In this document: piece after piece, positions 38,210 through 50,448 of the stretch | How the letters are laid out: every line of letters begins with the position of its first letter | Numbering within the stretch: position 1 is the first letter of the stretch | Assembly: GCF_003334315.1 (NCBI RefSeq) | Contig: NZ_QOWR01000006.1 | DNA length: 64,000 bases | Reading direction: 5' to 3' (one strand) | Source: Escherichia coli | GTDB taxonomy: Bacteria; Pseudomonadota; Gammaproteobacteria; Enterobacterales; Enterobacteriaceae | Program-made: the position numbers and the translations under genes | Notes under the pieces: generated by a model | What the model was told of the DNA's origin: nothing | What the model saw: only the letters and a program-made list of their open reading frames with translations | Databases searched by the model: none

Positions 38210-39124
38210 ATGAGCTGGATTGAACGAATTAAAAGCAACATTACTCCCACCCGCAAGGCGAGCATTCCTGAAGGGGTGTGGACTAAGTGTGATAGCTGCG
38301 GTCAGGTTTTATACCGCGCTGAGCTGGAACGTAATCTTGAGGTCTGTCCGAAGTGTGACCATCACATGCGTATGACAGCGCGTAATCGCCTGCATAGCCT
38401 GTTAGATGAAGGAAGCCTTGTGGAGCTGGGTAGCGAGCTTGAGCCGAAAGATGTGCTGAAGTTTCGTGACTCCAAGAAGTATAAAGACCGTCTGGCATCT
38501 GCGCAGAAAGAAACCGGCGAAAAAGATGCGCTGGTGGTGATGAAAGGCACTCTGTATGGAATGCCGGTTGTCGCTGCGGCATTCGAGTTCGCCTTTATGG
38601 GCGGTTCAATGGGGTCTGTTGTGGGTGCACGTTTCGTGCGTGCCGTTGAGCAGGCGCTGGAAGATAACTGCCCGCTGATCTGCTTCTCCGCCTCTGGTGG
38701 CGCACGTATGCAGGAAGCACTGATGTCGCTGATGCAGATGGCGAAAACCTCTGCGGCACTGGCAAAAATGCAGGAGCGCGGCTTGCCGTACATCTCCGTG
38801 CTGACCGACCCGACGATGGGCGGTGTTTCTGCAAGTTTCGCCATGTTGGGCGATCTCAACATCGCTGAACCGAAAGCGTTAATCGGCTTTGCCGGTCCGC
38901 GTGTTATCGAACAGACCGTTCGCGAAAAACTGCCGCCTGGATTCCAGCGCAGTGAATTCCTGATCGAGAAAGGCGCGATCGACATGATCGTCCGTCGTCC
39001 GGAAATGCGCCTGAAACTGGCGAGCATTCTGGCGAAGTTGATGAATCTGCCAGCGCCGAATCCTGAAGCGCCGCGTGAAGGCGTAGTGGTACCCCCGGTA
39101 CCGGATCAGGAACCTGAGGCCTGA
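38210..39124 (+). CDS. accD: Acetyl-CoA carboxylase carboxyltransferase beta subunit
   Basis: 304 aa from ATG 38210 ([10 protein letters not shown]...), CxxC-x15-CxxC zinc finger; ORF track start 38126 rejected. Confidence 0.92.
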
Positions 39125-39193
39125 TAACTGATAAGGGCAGGGCCACTGGCTCTGCCCTTTTGCTATTCTCACCGTAACGAATCAGCGGATACC

Positions 39194-40462
39194 ATGATTA
39201 TCAAACGCACTCCTCAAGCCGCGTCGCCTCTGGCTTCGTGGCTTTCTTATCTGGAAAACCTGCACAGTAAAACTATCGATCTCGGCCTTGAGCGCGTGAG
39301 CCTGGTCGCGGCGCGTCTTGGCGTCCTGAAACCAGCGCCATTTGTGTTTACCGTTGCGGGTACGAATGGCAAAGGTACCACCTGCCGTACGCTGGAGTCG
39401 ATTCTGATGGCGGCAGGGTACAAAGTGGGCGTCTACAGTTCGCCTCATCTGGTGCGTTATACCGAGCGCGTACGTGTGCAGGGCCAGGAATTGCCGGAAT
39501 CGGCCCACACCGCCTCTTTTGCGGAGATTGAATCGGCACGCGGTGATATTTCCCTGACCTATTTCGAGTACGGTACGCTGTCGGCGTTGTGGCTGTTCAA
39601 GCAGGCACAACTTGACGTGGTGATTCTGGAAGTAGGGCTGGGCGGTCGTCTGGACGCAACCAATATTGTCGACGCCGATGTCGCGGTAGTAACCAGTATT
39701 GCGCTGGATCATACCGACTGGCTGGGTCCAGATCGCGAAAGTATTGGTCGCGAGAAAGCAGGCATCTTCCGCAGCGAAAAACCGGCAATTGTCGGTGAGC
39801 CGGAAATGCCTTCTACCATTGCTGATGTGGCGCAGGAAAAAGGTGCACTGTTACAACGTCGGGGCGTTGAGTGGAACTATTCCGTCACCGATCATGACTG
39901 GGCGTTTAGCGATGCTCACGGCACGCTGGAAAATCTGCCGTTGCCGCTTGTCCCGCAACCGAATGCCGCAACAGCGCTGGCGGCACTGCGTGCCAGCGGG
40001 CTGGAAGTCAGTGAAAATGCCATTCGCGACGGGATTGCCAGCGCAATTTTGCCGGGACGTTTCCAGATTGTGAGCGAGTCGCCACGCGTTATTTTTGATG
40101 TCGCGCATAATCCACATGCGGCGGAATATCTCACCGGGCGTATGAAAGCGCTACCGAAAAACGGGCGCGTGCTGGCGGTTATCGGTATGCTACATGATAA
40201 AGATATTGCCGGAACTCTGGCCTGGTTGAAAAGCGTGGTTGATGACTGGTATTGTGCGCCACTGGAAGGGCCGCGCGGTGCCACGGCAGAACAACTGCTT
40301 GAGCATTTGGGTAACGGCAAATCATTTGATAGCGTTGCGCAGGCATGGGATGCCGCAATGGCGGACGCTAAAGCGGAAGACACCGTGCTGGTGTGTGGTT
40401 CTTTCCACACGGTCGCACATGTCATGGAAGTGATTGACGCGAGGAGAAGCGGTGGCAAGTAA
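39194..40462 (+). CDS. folC: Dihydrofolate synthase / folylpolyglutamate synthase
   Basis: 422-aa ORF matching FolC. Confidence 0.92.
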   Translation: MIIKRTPQAASPLASWLSYLENLHSKTIDLGLERVSLVAARLGVLKPAPFVFTVAGTNGKGTTCRTLESILMAAGYKVGVYSSPHLVRYTERVRVQGQELPESAHTASFAEIESARGDISLTYFEYGTLSALWLFKQAQLDVVILEVGLGGRLDATNIVDADVAVVTSIALDHTDWLGPDRESIGREKAGIFRSEKPAIVGEPEMPSTIADVAQEKGALLQRRGVEWNYSVTDHDWAFSDAHGTLENLPLPLVPQPNAATALAALRASGLEVSENAIRDGIASAILPGRFQIVSESPRVIFDVAHNPHAAEYLTGRMKALPKNGRVLAVIGMLHDKDIAGTLAWLKSVVDDWYCAPLEGPRGATAEQLLEHLGNGKSFDSVAQAWDAAMADAKAEDTVLVCGSFHTVAHVMEVIDARRSGGK

Positions 40463-41114
40463 GTTTCAGAATCGGTTAGTGGGCACGATCGTGCTGGTGG
40501 CGCTGGGGGTGATTGTACTTCCAGGGCTGCTGGACGGGCAGAAAAAACATTATCAGGATGAGTTCGCGGCTATCCCGCTGGTGCCGAAAGCGGGCGATCG
40601 TGATGAGCCTGATATGATGCCAGCCGCCACCCAGGCGTTACCGACGCAGCCGCCGGAAGGCGCAGCGGAAGAGGTGCGGGCAGGTGATGCCGCAGCACCG
40701 TCGCTCGATCCGGCCACTATTGCAGCCAATAACACCGAGTTTGAACCGGAACCTGCACCGGTCGCCCCACCGAAGCCGAAACCGGTGGAGCCGCCTAAAC
40801 CAAAGGTTGAAGCACCACCTGCGCCGAAGCCAGAACCGAAGCCGGTCGTGGAAGAAAAAGCTGCACCGACGGGTAAAGCCTATGTTGTGCAACTGGGTGC
40901 GCTGAAAAATGCCGATAAAGTGAATGAGATTGTCGGTAAGCTGCGCGGTGCCGGTTATCGGGTTTATACGTCGCCATCCACGCCAGTGCAGGGTAAAATT
41001 ACCCGTATTCTGGTTGGGCCGGATGCCTCGAAAGATAAGCTGAAAGGTTCGCTGGGTGAGTTGAAGCAACTTTCTGGCTTAAGTGGCGTGGTAATGGGCT
41101 ATACGCCGAATTAA
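40452..41114 (+). CDS. dedD: Cell-division SPOR-domain protein
   Basis: 220 aa from GTG 40452 (VASKFQNRLVG...), Pro/Ala/Lys-rich linker, C-terminal SPOR domain; overlaps folC end. Confidence 0.88.
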   Translation: MASKFQNRLVGTIVLVALGVIVLPGLLDGQKKHYQDEFAAIPLVPKAGDRDEPDMMPAATQALPTQPPEGAAEEVRAGDAAAPSLDPATIAANNTEFEPEPAPVAPPKPKPVEPPKPKVEAPPAPKPEPKPVVEEKAAPTGKAYVVQLGALKNADKVNEIVGKLRGAGYRVYTSPSTPVQGKITRILVGPDASKDKLKGSLGELKQLSGLSGVVMGYTPN

Positions 41115-41123
41115 TACGGTCTT

Positions 41124-41208
41124 GCCTGATGCGACGCTGGCGCGTCTTATCAGGCCTACGCAGGGGTAGAACCGTAGGTCGGATAAGGCGTTTACGCCGC
41201 ATCCGACA
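41124..41208. repeat. REP/BIME element after dedD
   Basis: GCCTGATGCGACGCTGGCGCGTCTTATCAGGCCTAC and GTAGGTCGGATAAGGCGTTTACGCCGCATCCGACA. Confidence 0.85.
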
Positions 41209-41243
41209 CGCATTGCCCGATGCCGCAAAGGCATAAAAAGTCG

Positions 41244-41276
41244 ATGGCGTTGAATATTTTTTCAGCGCCATTTTTA
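41244..41276 (+). terminator. Intrinsic terminator after dedD
   Basis: ATGGCGTTGAA-tatttt-TTCAGCGCCAT then TTTT. Confidence 0.6.
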
Positions 41277-41300
41277 TTGATGCGCGGGAAGGAAATCCCT

Positions 41301-41316
41301 ACGCAAACGTTTTCTT
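41301..41316 (+). promoter_or_regulatory. PurR box of the cvpA-purF operon
   Basis: ACGCAAACGTTTTCTT (PUR box consensus ACGCAAACGTTTGCGT), with a TAGAAT -10-like hexamer just downstream. Confidence 0.75.
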
Positions 41317-41372
41317 TTTCTGTTAGAATGCGCCCCGAACAGGATGACAGGGCGTAAAATCGTGGGACACAT

Positions 41373-41861
41373 ATGGTCTGGATTGATTACGCCATAATCG
41401 CGGTGATTGCTTTTTCCTCTCTGGTTAGCCTGATCCGCGGCTTTGTTCGTGAAGCGTTATCGCTGGTGACATGGGGTTGTGCTTTCTTTGTTGCCAGTCA
41501 TTACTACACTTACCTGTCAGTCTGGTTTACGGGCTTTGAAGACGAACTGGTTCGAAATGGGATTGCCATCGCGGTACTGTTTATCGCTACCCTGATCGTT
41601 GGTGCTATCGTGAACTTCGTGATAGGCCAGTTGGTGGAGAAAACGGGGTTGTCAGGCACCGATCGGGTGCTGGGCGTCTGTTTCGGTGCGTTGCGCGGTG
41701 TGTTGATTGTTGCTGCCATTCTCTTCTTTCTCGACTCCTTTACCGGGGTGTCGAAAAGCGAAGACTGGAGCAAATCACAGCTGATCCCGCAATTCAGTTT
41801 TATCATCAGATGGTTTTTTGATTATCTGCAAAGCTCGTCAAGTTTCTTGCCCAGAGCGTAA
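41373..41861 (+). CDS. cvpA: Colicin V production membrane protein
   Basis: 162-aa hydrophobic ORF. Confidence 0.88.
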   Translation: MVWIDYAIIAVIAFSSLVSLIRGFVREALSLVTWGCAFFVASHYYTYLSVWFTGFEDELVRNGIAIAVLFIATLIVGAIVNFVIGQLVEKTGLSGTDRVLGVCFGALRGVLIVAAILFFLDSFTGVSKSEDWSKSQLIPQFSFIIRWFFDYLQSSSSFLPRA

Positions 41862-41897
41862 GTGCTCTGAGATGTGGCTTAACGAGGAAAAAGACGT

Positions 41898-43415
41898 ATG
41901 TGCGGTATTGTCGGTATCGCCGGTGTTATGCCGGTTAACCAGTCGATTTATGATGCCTTAACGGTGCTTCAGCATCGCGGTCAGGATGCCGCCGGCATCA
42001 TCACCATAGATGCCAATAACTGCTTCCGTTTGCGTAAAGCGAACGGGCTGGTGAGCGATGTATTTGAAGCTCGCCATATGCAGCGTTTGCAGGGCAATAT
42101 GGGCATTGGTCATGTGCGTTACCCCACGGCTGGCAGCTCCAGCGCCTCTGAAGCGCAGCCGTTTTACGTTAACTCCCCGTATGGCATTACGCTTGCCCAC
42201 AACGGCAATCTGACCAACGCTCACGAGTTGCGTAAAAAACTGTTTGAAGAAAAACGCCGCCACATCAACACCACTTCCGACTCGGAAATTCTGCTTAATA
42301 TCTTCGCCAGCGAGCTGGACAATTTCCGCCACTACCCGCTGGAAGCCGACAATATTTTCGCTGCCATTGCTGCCACAAACCGCTTAATCCGCGGCGCGTA
42401 TGCCTGTGTGGCGATGATTATCGGCCACGGTATGGTTGCTTTCCGCGATCCAAACGGGATTCGTCCGCTGGTACTGGGAAAACGTGATATTGACGAGAAC
42501 CGTACAGAATATATGGTCGCTTCCGAAAGCGTAGCGCTCGATACGCTGGGCTTTGATTTCCTGCGTGACGTCGCGCCGGGCGAAGCGATTTACATCACTG
42601 AAGAAGGGCAGTTGTTTACCCGTCAATGTGCTGACAATCCGGTCAGCAATCCGTGCCTGTTTGAGTATGTATACTTTGCTCGCCCGGACTCGTTCATCGA
42701 CAAAATTTCCGTTTACAGCGCGCGTGTGAATATGGGCACGAAACTGGGCGAGAAAATTGCCCGCGAATGGGAAGATCTGGATATCGACGTGGTGATCCCG
42801 ATCCCAGAAACCTCGTGTGATATCGCGCTGGAAATTGCTCGTATTCTGGGCAAACCGTACCGCCAGGGCTTCGTTAAAAACCGCTATGTTGGCCGCACCT
42901 TTATCATGCCGGGCCAGCAGCTGCGTCGTAAGTCCGTGCGCCGTAAACTGAATGCCAACCGCGCCGAGTTCCGCGATAAAAACGTCCTGCTGGTCGACGA
43001 CTCCATCGTCCGTGGCACCACTTCTGAGCAGATTATCGAGATGGCACGCGAAGCCGGAGCGAAGAAAGTGTACCTCGCTTCTGCGGCACCGGAAATTCGC
43101 TTCCCGAACGTTTATGGTATTGATATGCCGAGCGCCACGGAGCTAATCGCTCACGGTCGTGAAGTGGATGAAATTCGCCAGATCATCGGTGCTGACGGGT
43201 TGATTTTCCAGGATCTGAACGATCTGATCGAAGCCGTCCGCGCGGAAAACCCGGATATTCAGCAGTTTGAATGCTCGGTATTCAACGGCGTCTACGTCAC
43301 CAAAGACGTTGATCAGGGCTACCTCGATTTCCTCGATACGTTACGTAATGATGACGCCAAAGCAGTGCAACGTCAGAACGAAGTGGAAAATCTCGAAATG
43401 CATAACGAAGGATGA
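41898..43415 (+). CDS. purF: Amidophosphoribosyltransferase
   Basis: 505-aa ORF starting MCGIVGI (N-terminal Cys nucleophile). Confidence 0.93.
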   Translation: MCGIVGIAGVMPVNQSIYDALTVLQHRGQDAAGIITIDANNCFRLRKANGLVSDVFEARHMQRLQGNMGIGHVRYPTAGSSSASEAQPFYVNSPYGITLAHNGNLTNAHELRKKLFEEKRRHINTTSDSEILLNIFASELDNFRHYPLEADNIFAAIAATNRLIRGAYACVAMIIGHGMVAFRDPNGIRPLVLGKRDIDENRTEYMVASESVALDTLGFDFLRDVAPGEAIYITEEGQLFTRQCADNPVSNPCLFEYVYFARPDSFIDKISVYSARVNMGTKLGEKIAREWEDLDIDVVIPIPETSCDIALEIARILGKPYRQGFVKNRYVGRTFIMPGQQLRRKSVRRKLNANRAEFRDKNVLLVDDSIVRGTTSEQIIEMAREAGAKKVYLASAAPEIRFPNVYGIDMPSATELIAHGREVDEIRQIIGADGLIFQDLNDLIEAVRAENPDIQQFECSVFNGVYVTKDVDQGYLDFLDTLRNDDAKAVQRQNEVENLEMHNEG

Positions 43416-43509
43416 TGCCTTCGCTGAGGGTGCCGGTCTGGCACCCTGACTTGCAACTCCCGCCGAAATCCTGCAAAGTCTGCCTGCAAGTCTGACAGGG
43501 CAACTATTT

Positions 43510-44079
43510 ATGAAACGACTCATTGTAGGCATCAGCGGTGCCAGCGGCGCGATTTATGGCGTGCGCTTATTACAGGTTCTGCGCGATGTCACAGATATCG
43601 AAACGCATCTGGTGATGAGCCAGGCAGCGCGCCAGACCTTATCCCTCGAAACGGATTTTTCTCTGCGCGAAGTGCAGGCATTAGCCGATGTCACGCACGA
43701 TGCGCGCGATATTGCCGCCAGCATCTCTTCCGGTTCTTTCCAGACGCTGGGGATGGTGATTTTACCCTGTTCAATCAAAACCCTTTCCGGCATTGTCCAT
43801 AGCTATACTGATGGCTTACTGACCCGTGCGGCAGATGTGGTGCTGAAAGAGCGTCGCCCGTTGGTGCTCTGCGTGCGTGAAACACCATTGCACTTAGGCC
43901 ATCTGCGTTTAATGACTCAGGCGGCAGAAATCGGTGCGGTGATTATGCCTCCCGTTCCGGCGTTTTATCATCGCCCGCAATCCCTTGATGATGTGATAAA
44001 TCAGACGGTTAATCGTGTTCTTGACCAGTTTGCGATAACCCTTCCTGAAGATCTCTTTGCCCGCTGGCAGGGCGCATAA
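43510..44079 (+). CDS. ubiX: Flavin prenyltransferase
   Basis: 189-aa ORF matching UbiX. Confidence 0.9.
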   Translation: MKRLIVGISGASGAIYGVRLLQVLRDVTDIETHLVMSQAARQTLSLETDFSLREVQALADVTHDARDIAASISSGSFQTLGMVILPCSIKTLSGIVHSYTDGLLTRAADVVLKERRPLVLCVRETPLHLGHLRLMTQAAEIGAVIMPPVPAFYHRPQSLDDVINQTVNRVLDQFAITLPEDLFARWQGA

Positions 44080-44087
44080 CTCCGCTG

Positions 44088-44110
44088 TTGCCCTGTTTCA
44101 GGGCAATTTT
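44088..44110 (+). terminator. Intrinsic terminator after ubiX
   Basis: TTGCCCTG-ttt-CAGGGCAA then TTTT. Confidence 0.65.
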
Positions 44111-44344
44111 GCAACCGCGATCAAATCCTCGACATTTTGTTTCTGCCATTCAATCGAAACGCTGCGATTCAACCGCTATACCTGCTATCTTCAACTTCAG
44201 GACAATAATGCAACGTCTTATTAACATATTTAACGTTGAATGTTACTGTTGTCGTCAAGATGGCATAAGACCTGCATGAAAGAGCCTGCAAACACACAAC
44301 ACAATACACAACATAAAAAAGCCATTTTCACTTGAGGGTTATGT

Positions 44345-45127
44345 ATGAAGAAGTCGATTCTCGCTCTGTCTTTGTTAGTCGGTCTCTCCACAGCGGCTTC
44401 CAGCTATGCGGCGCTACCGGAGACGGTACGTATCGGAACCGATACCACCTACGCACCGTTCTCATCGAAAGATGCTAAAGGTGATTTTGTTGGCTTTGAT
44501 ATCGATCTCGGTAACGAGATGTGCAAACGGATGCAGGTGAAATGTACCTGGGTTGCCAGTGACTTTGACGCGCTGATCCCCTCACTGAAAGCGAAAAAAA
44601 TCGACGCTATTATTTCGTCGCTTTCCATTACCGATAAACGTCAGCAGGAGATTGCCTTCTCCGACAAGCTGTACGCCGCAGATTCTCGTTTGATTGCGGC
44701 CAAAGGTTCACCGATTCAGCCAACGCTGGATTCACTGAAAGGTAAACATGTTGGTGTGCTGCAGGGATCAACCCAGGAAGCTTACGCTAACGAGACCTGG
44801 CGTAGTAAAGGCGTGGATGTGGTGGCCTATGCCAACCAGGATTTGGTCTATTCCGATCTGGCTGCAGGACGTCTGGATGCTGCGTTACAAGATGAAGTTG
44901 CTGCCAGCGAAGGATTCCTCAAGCAACCTGCTGGTAAAGATTTCGCCTTTGCTGGCTCATCAGTAAAAGACAAAAAATACTTCGGTGATGGCACCGGTGT
45001 AGGGCTACGTAAAGATGATGCTGAACTGACGGCTGCCTTCAATAAGGCGCTTGGCGAGCTGCGTCAGGACGGCACCTACGACAAGATGGCGAAAAAGTAT
45101 TTCGACTTTAATGTCTACGGTGACTGA
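44345..45127 (+). CDS. argT: Lysine/arginine/ornithine periplasmic binding protein
   Basis: 260-aa ORF with signal peptide; paralog of the next gene. Confidence 0.9.
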   Translation: MKKSILALSLLVGLSTAASSYAALPETVRIGTDTTYAPFSSKDAKGDFVGFDIDLGNEMCKRMQVKCTWVASDFDALIPSLKAKKIDAIISSLSITDKRQQEIAFSDKLYAADSRLIAAKGSPIQPTLDSLKGKHVGVLQGSTQEAYANETWRSKGVDVVAYANQDLVYSDLAAGRLDAALQDEVAASEGFLKQPAGKDFAFAGSSVKDKKYFGDGTGVGLRKDDAELTAAFNKALGELRQDGTYDKMAKKYFDFNVYGD

Positions 45128-45347
45128 TACGTCGCTGGGAAGCTGTACCTGATGGAATGATCATCATGGTGCACGCCAGGTTTGTTGCACTATCGTGGTG
45201 CATTGAAATGCATACTTAAGCATTTTTAATGAAAAATAATACGTCTAACGGGGCGGGATATTTTGCCTTGATGGTCAATTTTATGGCACGATAAGTGTAA
45301 CAAACCTGTAAATATTCCCTATAAAAAGACTGTCAGTTGAGGACATT

Positions 45348-46130
45348 ATGAAAAAACTGGTGCTATCGCTCTCTCTGGTTCTGGCCTTCTCCAGCGCAAC
45401 TGCGGCATTTGCTGCGATTCCGCAAAACATCCGCATCGGTACCGACCCGACCTATGCGCCATTTGAATCAAAAAATTCACAAGGCGAACTGGTTGGCTTC
45501 GATATCGATCTGGCAAAGGAATTATGCAAACGCATCAATACGCAATGTACGTTTGTCGAAAATCCGCTGGATGCGTTAATCCCGTCCTTAAAAGCGAAGA
45601 AGATTGACGCCATCATGTCATCGCTTTCCATTACGGAAAAACGTCAGCAAGAAATAGCCTTCACCGACAAACTGTACGCTGCCGATTCTCGTTTGGTGGT
45701 GGCGAAAAATTCTGACATTCAGCCGACAGTCGAGTCGCTGAAAGGCAAACGGGTAGGCGTATTGCAGGGCACCACCCAGGAGACGTTCGGTAATGAACAT
45801 TGGGCACCAAAAGGCATTGAAATCGTCTCGTATCAGGGGCAGGACAACATTTATTCTGACCTGACTGCCGGACGTATTGATGCCGCGTTCCAGGATGAGG
45901 TCGCCGCCAGCGAAGGTTTCCTCAAACAACCTGTCGGTAAAGATTACAAATTCGGTGGCCCGTCTGTTAAAGATGAAAAACTGTTTGGCGTAGGGACCGG
46001 CATGGGCCTGCGTAAAGAAGATAACGAACTGCGCGAAGCACTGAACAAAGCCTTTGCCGAAATGCGCGCTGACGGTACTTACGAGAAATTAGCGAAAAAG
46101 TACTTCGATTTTGATGTTTATGGTGGCTAA
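45348..46130 (+). CDS. hisJ: Histidine periplasmic binding protein
   Basis: 260-aa ORF with signal peptide; tandem paralog of argT. Confidence 0.9.
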   Translation: MKKLVLSLSLVLAFSSATAAFAAIPQNIRIGTDPTYAPFESKNSQGELVGFDIDLAKELCKRINTQCTFVENPLDALIPSLKAKKIDAIMSSLSITEKRQQEIAFTDKLYAADSRLVVAKNSDIQPTVESLKGKRVGVLQGTTQETFGNEHWAPKGIEIVSYQGQDNIYSDLTAGRIDAAFQDEVAASEGFLKQPVGKDYKFGGPSVKDEKLFGVGTGMGLRKEDNELREALNKAFAEMRADGTYEKLAKKYFDFDVYGG

Positions 46131-46219
46131 TCGCCATCGGTGAAAGAAAGCCCGCTCCCTTCGGGTAACCGGAGGGAGACAAGAGGCGGTAATTCACCAC
46201 ACACGACAGGACAGGCAGC

Positions 46220-46906
46220 ATGTTGTATGGGTTTTCAGGTGTTATTTTACAGGGTGCGCTCGTCACGCTGGAGCTGGCTATCAGCTCTGTAGTGCTCGCT
46301 GTAATCATCGGTTTAATTGGCGCTGGCGGTAAGCTCTCGCAAAATCGGCTTTCGGGGCTGATTTTCGAAGGGTACACCACGCTGATTCGTGGCGTGCCGG
46401 ACTTAGTGTTGATGCTGCTGATTTTCTACGGTTTGCAGATTGCGCTAAACACGGTGACGGAGGCGATGGGCGTCGGGCAGATTGATATCGATCCGATGGT
46501 CGCTGGTATTATCACTCTCGGTTTTATCTACGGTGCTTATTTTACCGAAACGTTCCGTGGTGCTTTTATGGCAGTGCCGAAAGGACATATAGAGGCGGCG
46601 ACGGCGTTCGGTTTTACTCGTGGGCAAGTGTTTCGGCGGATCATGTTTCCGGCGATGATGCGTTACGCCCTGCCAGGCATTGGCAACAACTGGCAGGTGA
46701 TCCTCAAATCTACCGCACTGGTTTCGTTACTCGGCCTGGAAGATGTGGTCAAAGCCACCCAACTGGCAGGCAAAAGTACCTGGGAACCGTTCTATTTCGC
46801 CATCGTCTGTGGCGTGATTTACCTGGTTTTCACCACTGTTTCCAATGGTGTGCTGCTGTTCCTTGAGCGCCGCTACTCCGTGGGTGTGAAGAGGGCTGAC
46901 CTGTGA
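46220..46906 (+). CDS. hisQ: Histidine ABC transporter permease
   Basis: 228-aa membrane ORF. Confidence 0.9.
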   Translation: MLYGFSGVILQGALVTLELAISSVVLAVIIGLIGAGGKLSQNRLSGLIFEGYTTLIRGVPDLVLMLLIFYGLQIALNTVTEAMGVGQIDIDPMVAGIITLGFIYGAYFTETFRGAFMAVPKGHIEAATAFGFTRGQVFRRIMFPAMMRYALPGIGNNWQVILKSTALVSLLGLEDVVKATQLAGKSTWEPFYFAIVCGVIYLVFTTVSNGVLLFLERRYSVGVKRADL

Positions 46907-47619
46907 TCGAAATCTTACATGAATACTGGAAACCGCTGCTGTGGACCGACGGTTATCGCTTTACTGGTGTGGCGATCACTCTGTGGCTGCTTATTTTGTC
47001 GGTAGTGATAGGCGGAGTCCTGGCGCTGTTTCTGGCGATTGGTCGTGTCTCCAGTAATAAATACATCCAGTTTCCAATCTGGTTATTTACCTATATTTTT
47101 CGCGGTACGCCGCTGTATGTTCAGTTGCTGGTGTTCTATTCCGGCATGTACACGCTTGAGATTGTTAAGGGAACCGAATTCCTTAACGCTTTCTTCCGCA
47201 GTGGCCTGAACTGTACCGTGCTGGCGCTGACGCTTAACACCTGCGCTTACACTACCGAGATTTTTGCTGGGGCAATCCGTTCGGTTCCGCATGGGGAAAT
47301 TGAAGCCGCCAGAGCCTATGGCTTCTCGACTTTTAAAATGTATCGTTGCATTATTTTGCCTTCTGCGCTGCGTATTGCGTTACCGGCATACAGCAACGAA
47401 GTGATCCTGATGCTGCACTCTACTGCGCTGGCGTTTACGGCCACTGTGCCGGATCTGCTGAAAATAGCCCGCGATATTAACGCCGCCACGTATCAACCTT
47501 TTACCGCCTTCGGCATTGCCGCGGTGCTCTATTTAATCATCTCTTATGTCCTGATCAGCCTCTTTCGCAGAGCGGAAAAACGCTGGTTGCAGCATGTGAA
47601 ACCTTCTTCAACGCACTGA
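46903..47619 (+). CDS. hisM: Histidine ABC transporter permease
   Basis: 238-aa membrane ORF, GTG start overlapping hisQ stop. Confidence 0.9.
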   Translation: MIEILHEYWKPLLWTDGYRFTGVAITLWLLILSVVIGGVLALFLAIGRVSSNKYIQFPIWLFTYIFRGTPLYVQLLVFYSGMYTLEIVKGTEFLNAFFRSGLNCTVLALTLNTCAYTTEIFAGAIRSVPHGEIEAARAYGFSTFKMYRCIILPSALRIALPAYSNEVILMLHSTALAFTATVPDLLKIARDINAATYQPFTAFGIAAVLYLIISYVLISLFRRAEKRWLQHVKPSSTH

Positions 47620-47626
47620 GAATACG

Positions 47627-48400
47627 ATGTCCGAGAATAAATTAAACGTTATCGATTTGCACAAACGCTACGGCAAACATGAAGTGCTGAAAGGGGTCTC
47701 ACTGCAAGCGAATGCCGGAGATGTAATAAGCATCATCGGATCGTCGGGATCGGGGAAAAGTACCTTTCTGCGCTGCATTAACTTCCTCGAAAAACCGAGT
47801 GAAGGGTCGATCGTGGTCAATGGCCAGACGATCAATCTGGTGCGCGACAAAGACGGTCAACTCAAAGTCGCCGATAAAAATCAACTGCGCTTACTGCGCA
47901 CACGCCTGACGATGGTATTCCAGCACTTCAATCTCTGGAGCCATATGACGGTGCTGGAAAACGTCATGGAAGCGCCGATTCAGGTGTTGGGCCTGAGCAA
48001 GCAGGAAGCGCGCGAGCGGGCGGTGAAGTATCTGGCAAATGTCGGGATAGACGAACGTGCGCAGGGGAAATATCCGGTGCATCTTTCCGGCGGTCAGCAA
48101 CAGCGTGTTTCTATCGCGCGGGCGCTGGCGATGGAACCGGAAGTTTTACTGTTTGATGAACCTACCTCGGCGCTCGATCCTGAACTGGTAGGCGAAGTGT
48201 TGCGTATTATGCAGCAACTGGCAGAAGAGGGGAAAACCATGGTGGTAGTGACTCACGAAATGGGCTTTGCTCGCCATGTTTCTACTCATGTCATTTTCCT
48301 CCATCAGGGGAAAATAGAAGAAGAGGGCGCGCCGGAGCAGTTATTTGGCAACCCGCAAAGCCCTCGTCTGCAACGGTTCCTTAAGGGATCGCTGAAATAA
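47627..48400 (+). CDS. hisP: Histidine ABC transporter ATP-binding protein
   Basis: 257-aa ORF with Walker [10 protein letters not shown] and signature LSGGQQQR. Confidence 0.93.
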   Translation: MSENKLNVIDLHKRYGKHEVLKGVSLQANAGDVISIIGSSGSGKSTFLRCINFLEKPSEGSIVVNGQTINLVRDKDGQLKVADKNQLRLLRTRLTMVFQHFNLWSHMTVLENVMEAPIQVLGLSKQEARERAVKYLANVGIDERAQGKYPVHLSGGQQQRVSIARALAMEPEVLLFDEPTSALDPELVGEVLRIMQQLAEEGKTMVVVTHEMGFARHVSTHVIFLHQGKIEEEGAPEQLFGNPQSPRLQRFLKGSLK

Positions 48401-48404
48401 TTTC

Positions 48405-48436
48405 CTCTCCGGTGGCTAACGCTGCCGGAGTATTTT
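48405..48436 (+). terminator. Probable terminator after hisP
   Basis: CTCCGG..CCGGAG imperfect hairpin followed by TATTTT. Confidence 0.45.
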
Positions 48437-48596
48437 CATGGGGAATTTGCGAGTCAGCTTCCGCTGAAATGTAAAAGTTACAGTCCGCTAAAAATACTTC
48501 TGAATTCGCTGTCCAAAGATAAAAACTGCCTGCTGCATTGGGTGTTAATCGTGGTTATTGTCGCGTCATCTTAAATTTGAGGGGTGACGGAACGCC

Positions 48597-49487
48597 ATGA
48601 CAATATCGACAACTTCCACGCCGCATGATGCGGTATTTAAATCTTTTTTACGCCATCCAGACACCGCGCGGGATTTTATTGATATTCATCTTCCCGCGCC
48701 GCTGCGCAAACTGTGTGATTTAACGACGCTTAAACTGGAACCAAACAGTTTTATTGATGAAGACCTGCGGCAATATTATTCCGACCTCTTGTGGTCTGTG
48801 AAAACGCAGGAGGGAGTGGGTTATATTTATGTAGTGATAGAGCACCAAAGTAAGCCGGAAGAATTAATGGCTTTTCGCATGATGCGTTATTCCATTGCGG
48901 CAATGCAAAACCATCTTGATGCGGGCTATAAAGAGCTTCCATTGGTGATCCCGATGCTGTTTTATCATGGTTGCAGAAGTCCTTATCCTTATTCACTCTG
49001 CTGGCTTGATGAATTTGCCGAGCCTGCTATAGCCCGCAAAATATATTCATCGGCTTTTCCGTTGGTGGATATTACCGTGGTGCCGGATGACGAGATTATG
49101 CAACACCGCAAAATGGCGCTGTTGGAGTTAATTCAGAAACATATTCGTCAGCGCGATCTGTTGGGATTAGTCGACCAAATTGTTTCGCTGCTAGTTACAG
49201 GGAACACTAATGACAGACAGCTAAAAGCCCTGTTTAATTACGTATTACAAACAGGGGATGCCCAGCGTTTTCGTGCATTTATTGGTGAGATAGCGGAACG
49301 CGCACCACAAGAAAAGGAGAAACTGATGACCATTGCTGACAGATTACGTGAAGAAGGCGCAATGCAGGGCAAACACGAAGAAGCCCTGCGTATTGCTCAG
49401 GAGATGCTGGATAGAGGTTTAGACAGAGAGTTAGTTATGATGGTGACCCGACTTTCACCAGACGATCTTATCGCGCAAAGCCACTAA
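48597..49487 (+). CDS. rpnB: Recombination-promoting nuclease, transposase-like (Rpn/YhgA family)
   Basis: 296-aa ORF matching YfcI/RpnB; no flanking terminal inverted repeats seen. Confidence 0.8.
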   Translation: MTISTTSTPHDAVFKSFLRHPDTARDFIDIHLPAPLRKLCDLTTLKLEPNSFIDEDLRQYYSDLLWSVKTQEGVGYIYVVIEHQSKPEELMAFRMMRYSIAAMQNHLDAGYKELPLVIPMLFYHGCRSPYPYSLCWLDEFAEPAIARKIYSSAFPLVDITVVPDDEIMQHRKMALLELIQKHIRQRDLLGLVDQIVSLLVTGNTNDRQLKALFNYVLQTGDAQRFRAFIGEIAERAPQEKEKLMTIADRLREEGAMQGKHEEALRIAQEMLDRGLDRELVMMVTRLSPDDLIAQSH

Positions 49488-49534
49488 TCCTGTAACACCG
49501 GGAGTTAACTGGCGGATGTTTGCTGTAAACCACA

Positions 49535-50428
49535 TCAGCGAACGACATCCGCCAGCGCCTCTTCTAAATCGTACCAGCGAAACGCAAAACCCGCTTCTTC
49601 CAGCCGTTTAGGCAGCGCGCGTTGTCCACCTAATACCAGTACTGAAGATTCGCCCATTAACAGTCGAATGGCGGTCGCGGGGACGCGCAAAATGGCCGGG
49701 CGATGCAGCGCATGACCGAGCGCATGGGCAAATTGTTCATTGCGTACCGGGTAGGGCGAAACCATATTAAATGGCCCGCGCAGCTCGTTATCCAGCAGCC
49801 AGAGAATACCGTTGACCATATCATCAATATGAATCCAGGCCAGATACTGCCGACCAGAGCCAATCGGCCCGCCCAGGCCAAGACGAAACGGCGGCAGCAT
49901 TTTACCGAGAATACCGCCATCCGGTGCCAGCACTACACCGGTACGCAGCAGGCACACTCGCGTTTTGTCACTTTGCGCCCGGCAGGCAATTTCTTCCCAG
50001 CGAGCGCAGAGTTTATGGGTAAATTCGTTATGCGGCGGTTCCTCTTCGGTAACCACCACTTCACCTAAGTCACCATAATAGCCCGTTGCCGAGCCGGAAA
50101 TGAGTACCGACGGTGGCGTGTCGCTGGCATTAATCAAATCGACCAGTTTTTGCGTGATATTCCAGCGGCTTTGGCAGAGACGCTCTTTTTGCTCGTGAGT
50201 CCAGCGTTTATCAGCAATCGGTTCTCCGGCCAGGTTGATTACCGCATCAACGCCGTTGAGGTTGCTTTGATCGGCAAGCCCTTGCCATAGTGTCACCCGA
50301 GGGCCGAGAACGGAACTGGCTTTCTGCGGGTTACGCGTCACTACCGTAATTTGATGGCCCAGCTCCAGCAAACGCGGAATCAAATGGCGACCAATTAATC
50401 CTGTCCCTCCGGTGATCACTATGTTCAT
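49535..50428 (-). CDS. yfcH: NAD-dependent epimerase/dehydratase family protein
   Basis: 297-aa ORF with N-terminal GGTGxIG Rossmann motif. Confidence 0.85.
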
Positions 50429-50448
50429 GCAGCCTCCCGATATGGCGA

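Noticed and set aside
48597..49487. rpnB as an insertion sequence / mobile element
   Set aside because: No terminal inverted repeats or target duplication are visible; it is better treated as a domesticated single-copy nuclease gene.
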